Positions 7,912-15,446 are shown, numbered from the stretch's first letter. The stretch: DNA of 16,368 nt from an uncultured delta proteobacterium (GCA_963712115.1 CAVQGX010000061.1:1-16368); one strand, 5' to 3'. Translations and numbers: made by a program. Notes: generated from the letters alone by a model not told the origin.

Positions 7912-8646
7912 ATGATGAAAAAGCTACTATTTACTTTACTTACATATATGATGCTGACTGCGGTGGCCTGGGGGCATGATGCAATGTATTTCTATAATCA
8001 AGGGGTACAGAGCTCCCTTGCCAATAGAAAGATCGACTACTTCACCAAGGCGCTGCGGTTAGATCCGAATCTGAGTGAGGCTTACGAGAAGCGGGGCTTC
8101 CATTACTACTACCAGCGGCGCTTCGACAATGCCATTCAAGATTACACCAGAGCCATTGAGCTGAACCCTGACGATTCGGTTGCCTACCAAATGCGAGGCT
8201 TGGCCTATCTGAAGAAGGGAGACTTGGAGGGGGCCACTGACAGCCTCAGCAGGGCCATTGAGTTGGATCCCAAGATGGCCAGCGCCTATGCAGCGAGGGC
8301 GGAGGCATATCACCTTAAAGGAATGGCGGAGGAGGCAATCCGCGACGCCACAACAGCAATCCACTCACGGGGCAATGAGAGAACGACCGCCAATGCTTAT
8401 GCCACCAGGGCAAAAGCTTACCAGCAGTTGGGGTATGAGACTCTTTCCGAGGCTGACTTCAATAAGTCTGTTGAGCTGGACCCCAGATACGTTCTGTATC
8501 GCTATTTAGCCAGCACTGCCAGCCTGGAATCCGTCCGCCGAATGGGGCTTTTCGGGATTATTGCCCTACTGTTTGTGGGTATCTTCCAGCTTTCTTTGCG
8601 AGCTCCCAGAAAAAAAGGCAGCACTGATTCCACCCATCTTGGATAG
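7912..8646 (+). CDS. Exported tetratricopeptide-repeat protein with C-terminal membrane anchor
   Basis: Start moved to ATG 7912 (SD AAGGAG 7900-7905); signal peptide MMKKLLFTLLTYMMLTAVAWG; about 5 TPRs (AYEKRG..A..DY..AIELNP); C-terminal TM GLFGIIALLFVGIFQLSL followed by RAPRKK. Confidence 0.88.
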   Translation: MMKKLLFTLLTYMMLTAVAWGHDAMYFYNQGVQSSLANRKIDYFTKALRLDPNLSEAYEKRGFHYYYQRRFDNAIQDYTRAIELNPDDSVAYQMRGLAYLKKGDLEGATDSLSRAIELDPKMASAYAARAEAYHLKGMAEEAIRDATTAIHSRGNERTTANAYATRAKAYQQLGYETLSEADFNKSVELDPRYVLYRYLASTASLESVRRMGLFGIIALLFVGIFQLSLRAPRKKGSTDSTHLG

Positions 8647-8680
8647 CGCTCAGGCGGAAATGGAGGAGAGCTAAAATCCT

Positions 8681-9232
8681 TCAAAAGCCATACTGGGTGC
8701 CGATGTCGCACACCATTATGACCACATCCGTATTGCGGCCTCGAAGATCTTTGACCAAGCCCTCTACCACCGCCTTACTCGAAAACCCTGCCTTGCGAAA
8801 TACGGCGATGGCGGCCGGAACGCTAAGGGGAAGTTCAGCCCAGAGCTTCTCCAAGCCGAATTCGGCGGCCAATTCTACAATCTCATGTATGAGCAGAGTT
8901 CCTAACCCCTTGTCTTGATATTCTGGATCTACTACTACACGTATGGTGCCGATGTGATGTTTCCAGCCGAAGGGAATACGGTGCAGGGAGACATCACCCA
9001 CAATCCGCTCGCCATCTAAAGCGAGGATCGGGAAAACGTGGCTATAGTCGATGTTTTCGGTCCATGATTTGATGACTGCTTCGTCAGTGACATCGTGGCG
9101 CAGGTAGAGTCGTAGTTCTTCGGGAAGTGATTGAAAAAAAGCAATCAGCCCCTTGCGGTCCTCTGCTACCAATGGCCGAAGAAGTACAATAGTGCCTTCC
9201 TTGAGCTTGCATTCTTTTTTGTAATCTTTCAC
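8681..9232 (-). CDS. GNAT family N-acetyltransferase
   Basis: LLRPL..ED, IDY, VVVDPEYQDKGLGTLL (acetyl-CoA binding motif A), AIAVFRKAGF; GTG start with SD AGGGGGG. Confidence 0.9.
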   Translation of the reverse strand: MKDYKKECKLKEGTIVLLRPLVAEDRKGLIAFFQSLPEELRLYLRHDVTDEAVIKSWTENIDYSHVFPILALDGERIVGDVSLHRIPFGWKHHIGTIRVVVDPEYQDKGLGTLLIHEIVELAAEFGLEKLWAELPLSVPAAIAVFRKAGFSSKAVVEGLVKDLRGRNTDVVIMVCDIGTQYGF

Positions 9233-9279
9233 CGTAGCGTCCCCCCCTGAACTCGTAACCGTTAAATTGAGAAGTTAAT

Positions 9280-10026
9280 TCAATCACCAGTTTCCAGCCT
9301 TTGCGCTAGGTACTCCGGCAGGTGGGCTTCACGGATCTTGTTTTGGGCCGAGTGCACATCGTAAGCAACTGACCTAAAGTGAATGGTTTCCGGCTCATTA
9401 GTAAAAACGAGATAGGATGCCTTCCATTGTTTCTGTCGAGGCTGGCCCACGCTCCCCGGATTGATTAGATACATCTGTTCTGCATCCAGTAGCAGATGTT
9501 CTTCGGAGAGTTCAAGTTTTGAGACCTTCCCCCGCACATCCCTCTGCCACACGGCACGATGATGGGTATGACCAAAAAAGGCGATCCGCACCCCGGGTGT
9601 TTTCTTGCGCATATAGTTGAAAACCTTTTTGGCCTGAAAAAGATAAAAGATATAGGCGTCCGGGTTTTCCGGAGCACCGTGAAAGAGAAGGTAGCGGTCC
9701 CACAGCACCTGGGTGTGCTGCAGCCTGTCTAGGAACTGCTTGTGCCCGTTAGACAAGCTTTTGGCCGACCACACTAGGGCTTGATAAGCCAAGATATTGA
9801 AATACTCGGCAAATTTCAGTTCGGTGGCAGCCCGGTCATGATTACCCAGAATGCTTATGATTTTTCTCTCCTGCACCAAGTCCACGCATTCTTTTGGATT
9901 GGCGTTGTAGCCAACCAAATCACCGAGATTTACAATCAGCGAAATATTGTCTTTCTCTATTTCGTCAAGTACGGCCTTAAGTGCCTCGAGGTTTGAATGT
10001 ACGTCGGAAATGATCGCAACTCTCAT
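9280..10026 (-). CDS. Calcineurin-like metallophosphoesterase (YfcE/PPP-like)
   Basis: SDVHSN, LGDLVGY, GNHD, FHG, FGHTH, INPGSVGQPR, YLAQRL..G motifs. Confidence 0.93.
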   Translation of the reverse strand: MRVAIISDVHSNLEALKAVLDEIEKDNISLIVNLGDLVGYNANPKECVDLVQERKIISILGNHDRAATELKFAEYFNILAYQALVWSAKSLSNGHKQFLDRLQHTQVLWDRYLLFHGAPENPDAYIFYLFQAKKVFNYMRKKTPGVRIAFFGHTHHRAVWQRDVRGKVSKLELSEEHLLLDAEQMYLINPGSVGQPRQKQWKASYLVFTNEPETIHFRSVAYDVHSAQNKIREAHLPEYLAQRLETGD

Positions 10027-10033
10027 GGGAACT

Positions 10034-10083
10034 CGATTCTAGATACTGGATTGGATACTAGATACTTGATACTAGATTCTGGA
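10034..10083. repeat. Heptamer tandem repeat (AGATACT)x~6
   Basis: cgattct|agatact|ggatt|ggatact|agatact|tgatact|agattct|gga in the intergenic gap. Confidence 0.8.
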
Positions 10084-10111
10084 GAAGAGCTCATTGGATG
10101 TGGTATCTCTT

Positions 10112-10138
10112 CATTCCACAATCCGAAATCCCTCAAAT
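10112..10138. repeat. Heptamer tandem repeat (AAATCCG-like)x3
   Basis: cattcca|caatccg|aaatccc|tcaaat; same family as 2562-2586. Confidence 0.55.
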
Positions 10139-10140
10139 AG

Positions 10141-11727
10141 CTATTCGGGTGCAAGATAGTTGCGGACGCTGCCCAATACGATCCTTGGGATATCGTTGCT
10201 GCTGTTTACCCCAAATACTGAGATATTTTGGTTTTTCACTGAGGCCTTGATAAATCGCAGGGCGCCGCTCTTTTTGCCAACGTGGACCGCAGTCACCCGG
10301 TTGTGCAGGCAAGAAAACCTGGAGATGGTTTGATCCAAGTTGGTAATTTGCATATCGGTAATCAGAAAAATATCAGCTTCACTCGCCTCGGCCACGCCTG
10401 TGACTTCGTCGAGATCCAGAGCTGTTCCACCACCGAAATATCGGCACAGCACCCTGTAAATCAGCGAGCGGCTGCGAGTGAAAGAAAGATATTCCCTGCC
10501 TCCGGCGAGAGCGTCGCTAAAGTTGTAAACTGCCACCTCGGCATCATGACGCAGGTAGGTATCTGCCGCACAACCTCCTCCTAACACAGCGTATGACAGG
10601 TGGGTGCGGGGATCAACCATACTACCGGAAGAGTCGATTATCACTAAGCAGTTGGGCGTTTTTTCCTTTTTACCGTATATTTGTCCCTCCCTTCTTTGCC
10701 AGATTTGGGTAATTCCGGGAAGGTACTTACCGAAACTGCACCATGGGTCCAAATCCTGGAAGGGCTGGCACACCTCCCAGGGTCGATGGGAGTGGGGGTG
10801 GAGGTGCCCTGAGCCTTTCATGTCCTTCTTGCGCAGAGGCAGGGCATAGTTTTCAGCCAATTTCATGTAATACAGCCGATTGGCATCCACTGGGCTGCCC
10901 GCACCGTGCCCCATGCCCTCGTCTACATCCTGATTCACCACTTCAAGCTCGGTTTGCAGATCCTCTAATACATCGGCGAATTGTTCGGGTGACTCGGCCT
11001 CCAAGGCAAACTCTCGCAGGGCTTGTTCTATTTCCTCTGGTGCATATTGTTGGAATCCATGCTTCCCCATTCGAGTATGTTCATCCGGAATAGTGGAATC
11101 AGATTCCTCGAGGAGCGGACGGATTCCGCGGATGAATCGGCTCAGACTCGCCATCCATCGACGCTTGTCAAGATAGGGAATAGTTGCGAGCCGGCCTACT
11201 GTTTCGTCCTCCCTTGGGCAACCCAGGTCTACTCCCCAGATTATCTGATAGAGAGAGCAAATTAGCTCTTCAAGTCCTGTGCGTACGCCGCTTTTGTAGA
11301 GCAGAGGCAGGGAACTCTGCCTCTCTTTGACCGCGTGGGTGTCGGCTACTATGTCCATGAAAAGGTCAGTGGCTTTGCGGGCCAAGTCGCCTTCGCCAAG
11401 AATTTCTTTGGCGCGGGCGTAAAATCTTAGATGGGTGGATAGGTCCCAGGGACAGCAGGTGTAATGGCTAATACCGTGGTCGAGCAGCGCCTCCAGAACC
11501 GTTGCCGCTGGAAGAATACTCGACATAGCCCTGATATATTCAAGGTTGAGGATAATCTGTTTGTTGCGCATCTCCATGGCCACGGGAGAGTGATTGCTGT
11601 CGAACCGGGGCATGGGGATTTCTGGAAAGAAATGTCGACGGCGGACTTCAGGCCAAAGCTGTTTCAGCAGCTCCTGCAACTCTTCCAGCTCTTCTGGCAT
11701 TGATTCTTGCTCTTCCCCAAGGGCCAT
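10141..11727 (-). CDS. VWA-domain protein with N-terminal degenerate metallopeptidase-like domain (MoxR partner)
   Basis: C-terminal MIDAS DSSGS (10621-10635), YNFS, GGGT, LITD; N-terminal LLDHGISHY..CPWD followed by DLFMDIVAD. Start codon uncertain (weak SD). Confidence 0.85.
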   Translation of the reverse strand: MALGEEQESMPEELEELQELLKQLWPEVRRRHFFPEIPMPRFDSNHSPVAMEMRNKQIILNLEYIRAMSSILPAATVLEALLDHGISHYTCCPWDLSTHLRFYARAKEILGEGDLARKATDLFMDIVADTHAVKERQSSLPLLYKSGVRTGLEELICSLYQIIWGVDLGCPREDETVGRLATIPYLDKRRWMASLSRFIRGIRPLLEESDSTIPDEHTRMGKHGFQQYAPEEIEQALREFALEAESPEQFADVLEDLQTELEVVNQDVDEGMGHGAGSPVDANRLYYMKLAENYALPLRKKDMKGSGHLHPHSHRPWEVCQPFQDLDPWCSFGKYLPGITQIWQRREGQIYGKKEKTPNCLVIIDSSGSMVDPRTHLSYAVLGGGCAADTYLRHDAEVAVYNFSDALAGGREYLSFTRSRSLIYRVLCRYFGGGTALDLDEVTGVAEASEADIFLITDMQITNLDQTISRFSCLHNRVTAVHVGKKSGALRFIKASVKNQNISVFGVNSSNDIPRIVLGSVRNYLAPE

Positions 11728-11751
11728 TTATTAGAATTCTATTTGAGGTGG

Positions 11752-11775
11752 TAGTGCCTACTGTTTAGTGCCTAG
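11752..11775. repeat. 24-bp heptamer block, inverted copy of 13913-13936
   Basis: tagtgcctactgtttagtgcctag vs reverse complement of 13913-13936 tagtgcctactgcttagtgcctag: 23/24 identical. Confidence 0.85.
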
Positions 11776-12455
11776 GGCAGTGCGTCCCCTGCCACCGGTT
11801 CACCGCCTTGATAGATACGGCCGGCAGTCATGCGTCCCAGACCCCGGATGCGGCTGCCGACCCAAATCTCTCCGCCCTGCATCCACTCACCAGTATTGCG
11901 GCCGCAATGCTGGTGAATGGTGATCTTGCCGTCTGTCATGCCCGCACCGGTCCAATCTCCCGTAGAGCCGGTTACGCTGATATCGCCGCCTTGCAGGGCG
12001 GAACCGGTGAAGTTGCCGGCATCACCCTCAATGCGCAGAGATTTTCCATAAGGCAACCGATAGCCGAGAAAATGTAAAGTTCGCTGCATTTCTCCCAATC
12101 GGAGGACGATCTGATCTTCGGGGGTGTGATTGCACAAAGCAGCAACATATATTCCAGCTGGCCCGGAAATCAGATAGGGAATGTCAGACCCGCTGTCCAG
12201 TACGTAACAGAAATCCTCAATGCTGTGGGCATCGTAGTCTATATCCTGAATTACTTCGGTGGCTGTCTTATATGCCTCGATCACTCTGTTATGTTCTACG
12301 AACCAGACAAGGCTCTTGAGTTCCTGTTCGACTAACTTCCCATAGCCGCTCGCAAGTTCTCCGATGACTTGATCATGGGCGGCTGCCAGTCGGTCCAGAG
12401 GTAAGCCCCTGGCTTTTGAAAGAAAATCTTTGAAGTCTTCAAATGGGTTAAACAC
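11772..12455 (-). CDS. FwdC/FmdC/GltB-C-like GXGXG beta-helix protein with N-terminal helical extension
   Basis: Repeats IEGDAGNFTGSALQGGDISVTGSTGDWTGAGMTDGKITI...GRNTGEWMQGGEIWV; GTG start directly follows the AAA stop (TAA-GTG) with SD GGAGGGG inside the AAA gene. Confidence 0.82.
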   Translation of the reverse strand: MFNPFEDFKDFLSKARGLPLDRLAAAHDQVIGELASGYGKLVEQELKSLVWFVEHNRVIEAYKTATEVIQDIDYDAHSIEDFCYVLDSGSDIPYLISGPAGIYVAALCNHTPEDQIVLRLGEMQRTLHFLGYRLPYGKSLRIEGDAGNFTGSALQGGDISVTGSTGDWTGAGMTDGKITIHQHCGRNTGEWMQGGEIWVGSRIRGLGRMTAGRIYQGGEPVAGDALP

Positions 12456-13787
12456 TTACCCCTCCAGGTTAAGGTCTTTGCGAATTTCAGCATAAATCGG
12501 GTGGTCACCGGCAACAGCTTCCAATGATTCACCCTGGAAGATGCGGTATCCGGTGGCCAGAGCAGCTTTTATGTGTTCAGCCTGCTCGCTGTATCGCTGA
12601 AAGACCTCGTTGATGGCTTGGCGGGCCAGATGAATTTGCAAAGGGTCATTGCGACGGTCTTTCTCCAACAAAGAGAGGTGCGCATCCGTCCATTGAGCCC
12701 TATGGGCCAAACAGTAAGGACCAACGGCACGCATTTGTTCGACTCCCACTAGAGAGGCTTCAGTAAACCAGGCCAGGGCCTTGGCGTAGTTTGCTAGGGA
12801 GACGGGCAAGCGGTTGGAGGCGCAGTTTCGCAGCCGGTGGCATAGATAGCCAGTGTAGTGGCAGCCCTCTTCACACACTTCGTTTGAACGTTTTTGTCCG
12901 TGACGATCGCAAAAAGAGAGTTCAGCAAGAAGCATCCTGGTATAAGCATTGGCGTCCTGGTCCAACTCTATGGCAGAAATTTCTTTCCGCACCTTTTTCC
13001 TACTGGAGCGGTCCAGAGTATCAAGTTGGAGAGATTCTTTCAGGTGGGCAGCAAATTCTGCAGAAATGGCGGCGATATGGGACTCTTTCTCATTAGTTGC
13101 TTGCCGCTTTTTTAATCCCTCTTGGAGTTTCCGTTCCAGATCCGGATGACGCAGCAGTCTTTCCTTTTCCTGTTTCTGGCTGATCATAAAAGCATAACTG
13201 GGACCGGGATATCTCGACTCAACCAAGACATCAAAGCGGTCCAACAATGGTGCAATGATGGTGTTGGTTCCCTGATCCTGGTAATTGGCGGTGGCAAACA
13301 GACAGTACTCGGCATTGAGAACCATCTCGTTGAGATATTCCCAATTCCCCCGGTCAACCCCATCTAGTATCATACTCTGTTTGGTCTCGGGCAGCCGGTT
13401 AATTTCGTCAACAATTTTGACCGGAAGTTGAACAAAGTAGGACCAGACTACCTCTTCCTGCCCCTTATTAAGTTTGCCAAGATCGGGTCTGCCGATTATT
13501 TTTTCCTCCGTTTGCTCTGGATGTCCTGAGACCTCGCTGGCCCAAACGGTGCCTACAGGGAGTTGATACACCAGGGAGCTAACATATTCCGCCGCAGTGG
13601 TTTTCCCGAGGCCGGGTTCCCCCATGATCAGGGCCTTACCGCCAGTCAAAGCAGTGAGCAGGGTGAAGAGCAGGGTGGAATTAAACTGCTCTCCCCCTAT
13701 CTGAACATCTGGACGGGTGAAGTAAAGGTGCGATTGGATAAAGTCGTAGAGTTGCCTTACCGTATGTCGATATTTTCCGTTTTCCAT
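12456..13787 (-). CDS. MoxR-like AAA+ ATPase with C-terminal Cys cluster
   Basis: Walker A GEPGLGKT, Walker B IVDEINRL, sensor-1 ATAN, arginine finger LLDRF; ATG 13787 preferred over TTG 13793 on SD spacing (9 vs 3 nt). Confidence 0.9.
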   Translation of the reverse strand: MENGKYRHTVRQLYDFIQSHLYFTRPDVQIGGEQFNSTLLFTLLTALTGGKALIMGEPGLGKTTAAEYVSSLVYQLPVGTVWASEVSGHPEQTEEKIIGRPDLGKLNKGQEEVVWSYFVQLPVKIVDEINRLPETKQSMILDGVDRGNWEYLNEMVLNAEYCLFATANYQDQGTNTIIAPLLDRFDVLVESRYPGPSYAFMISQKQEKERLLRHPDLERKLQEGLKKRQATNEKESHIAAISAEFAAHLKESLQLDTLDRSSRKKVRKEISAIELDQDANAYTRMLLAELSFCDRHGQKRSNEVCEEGCHYTGYLCHRLRNCASNRLPVSLANYAKALAWFTEASLVGVEQMRAVGPYCLAHRAQWTDAHLSLLEKDRRNDPLQIHLARQAINEVFQRYSEQAEHIKAALATGYRIFQGESLEAVAGDHPIYAEIRKDLNLEG

Positions 13788-13812
13788 AACCAAGCTCTCC
13801 TTTATTCTACCT

Positions 13813-13841
13813 AATATATCCTCTCACTTGGCGTAAGTAAA
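13813..13841 (-). promoter_or_regulatory. Sigma-70-like promoter of the AAA/GXGXG/VWA operon
   Basis: Minus strand TTTACT-17 nt-TATATT, ~25 nt upstream of the ATG. Confidence 0.55.
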
Positions 13842-13845
13842 CAAT

Positions 13846-14173
13846 AAGGCAAAGGCATAGAGCATAGGGAAATACGGCTGGCAGCGGACAGCTTGCAGCA
13901 GGCAGCATATTACTAGGCACTAAGCAGTAGGCACTAGGCACCAAATTATTTAAGAATTCAGGAGTTAGAATCCAGAATCCAGGAGAAAAAAACACCAAGA
14001 GTGTTCTTCCATTCTGACTACTAGCACCTGGCTCCTTGAGTCTTTGCGATTTGAACGGTTTACCGTTCACCGTTTACGACTGGAACGATTTGAACGACTT
14101 GAACAACCTGACTAATTACCTAATCGACCAATTGACTAATTGACGCTCTGCGCTTGGCGCTCTGTGCTCTGCG
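13846..14173. repeat. Mosaic array of ~9 different short tandem repeat blocks (7-, 8-, 9-mers, mostly ~4 copies each)
   Basis: Blocks AGGCAT-like, GCAGCnn, CACTAGG, AGAATCC, CTCCTGA-like, TTTACCG, ACGACTTGA, CTAATTGA, CGCTCTG, read directly from the sequence. Confidence 0.85.
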
Positions 14174-14191
14174 TGAAAACTGAATTGACAG

Positions 14192-14207
14192 TGGAACAGC
14201 TATTGCA
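14192..14207 (+). promoter_or_regulatory. Sigma-54-like promoter for the CBS gene
   Basis: TGGAACAGCTATTGCA: GG (14193-14194)-N10-GC (14205-14206); an adjacent TTGACA at 14185-14190 offers a sigma-70 alternative. Confidence 0.5.
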
Positions 14208-14280
14208 GTACTTATGGTAGATAATTCATTTTTTCCAGATTCTTCCAGCTTAGAGTAATGAGAATTGCAAGGGGGTTTAG

Positions 14281-14706
14281 ATGAAGGTTCGAGACATTAT
14301 GGTGACGGAAGTAGTAACCCTGCACGTTGACGAAGAGCTATCCTTGGCGAGCGACATCATGAATTTGGCCCGAATTCGCCATCTTCCCATTGTAGAAGGA
14401 GAAAAGTTGGTGGGAATTATCAGCCAGCGCGATCTATTCAGGGCCTCTTTGGCCTCAGTAATGGGTTTCGACTATGCTGAAACTCGAGACCATCTCAAGA
14501 CCGTTTCTATAAGAGATGCTATGGTAAAAAAAGTGATCACCGTCACACCGGACACGGACATCGTAAAGGCGGGAAGGATGATGTTGGATAGAAAGTTTGG
14601 CTGTCTGCCCGTTGTGGAGGATGACCGTCTGGTCGGAATGGTGACCGAAACAGACATTCTTCGCTGCTTCCTTTTGCACTACGAGGATTGCGTGGCAGAT
14701 AAATGA
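14281..14706 (+). CDS. CBS-domain pair protein (AcuB-like)
   Basis: VRDIM...IRHLPIVE..KLVGIISQRDL and DAM.K.VITV.PD...FGCLPVVE..RLVGMVTETDIL; SD AAGGGGG. Confidence 0.93.
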   Translation: MKVRDIMVTEVVTLHVDEELSLASDIMNLARIRHLPIVEGEKLVGIISQRDLFRASLASVMGFDYAETRDHLKTVSIRDAMVKKVITVTPDTDIVKAGRMMLDRKFGCLPVVEDDRLVGMVTETDILRCFLLHYEDCVADK

Positions 14707-14763
14707 TCTTTAAATCACCAAGGGGGGAAGAGCTAGTTTCTGTCAAGTGAAGAGAAGAAGGAC

Positions 14764-15126
14764 TCAAGCTGCAGGTAATCTAGCTTTAAACTCCTCCAAG
14801 GCGACCTGCTCCAGATAATGGTTGTCTAGGTCTGATATTTCTGTGAATTTAACCCCAATGATACGTGGCCGGTTGGCCTTGTCTTTACTATCTGACCATA
14901 TTACGACTGCTGCCACTTCCATGGGCTCCCGGTCAGGGGGTTCGATAATCATGTGAAGAGGTTCGTTAAGCTCTAAATACTTCTCACAGCGGATATGAGC
15001 ACCGCCAGCGCTTATATCTCTGGTTTTCCCCTCCACCAATCCTCTTGTCGTCTTTAATCTCACAGGCCATTCAACTTTTATTCTAAAAGATAAACGTCTC
15101 TGCTCGCCAATTCGAAATGCTTCCAC
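14764..15126 (-). CDS. PilZ domain protein (c-di-GMP receptor candidate)
   Basis: RLSFR (RxxxR) and DISAGG (DxSxxG), VVIWS, IGVKF; start reassigned to GTG 15126 on SD AGGAG at 7 nt spacing. Confidence 0.85.
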   Translation of the reverse strand: MEAFRIGEQRRLSFRIKVEWPVRLKTTRGLVEGKTRDISAGGAHIRCEKYLELNEPLHMIIEPPDREPMEVAAVVIWSDSKDKANRPRIIGVKFTEISDLDNHYLEQVALEEFKARLPAA

Positions 15127-15196
15127 CTCAAATCTCCTCTCACTTTTCTTTTGATTGGTAGGTGACGCATATACGTCAGTTAGTGCCGTAAAGGAA

Positions 15197-15213
15197 TGCC
15201 AATATTGAGCCAA
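15197..15213 (-). promoter_or_regulatory. Possible sigma-54 promoter for PilZ gene 14764-15126
   Basis: Minus strand TTGGCTCAATATTGGCA: GG-N10-GC spacing correct, flanks only partly consensus. Confidence 0.35.
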
Positions 15214-15446
15214 ATGTTGCTGCGAGGTTGCCTGTAAAATGAAATTAATTTTATAAGTGATCCCAATAATTTCTCCTTGTTCATGAATATCGCCCGGCTG
15301 CCAAATCCTCCTCTCTACATCGGCTATGGTGATCGAATATGCAAAAAATTAGCCATCTTATATACTTCAGGAGCTTCCCCAAGAAAGGATGCTTGATCTC
15401 TGTGAACTGGGAACTTAGCCAAGTTTGCGGCCTATTTGTAATGAAG

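Noticed and set aside
11772-12455. True formylmethanofuran dehydrogenase subunit C (fwdC) or a glutamate synthase fragment
   Set aside because: Only about three beta-helix turns, a long unrelated N-terminus and no partner subunits nearby; gene symbol withheld.
13807-14070. 87-aa minus-strand ORF upstream of the AAA gene
   Set aside because: Translates the tandem-repeat mosaic (LVPSAYCLVPS, PAASCPLPA), overlaps the predicted promoter and has no clear SD.
13846-14173. CRISPR array interpretation of the repeat mosaic
   Set aside because: No constant 23-47-nt direct repeat separated by unique spacers, and no cas genes in the window.
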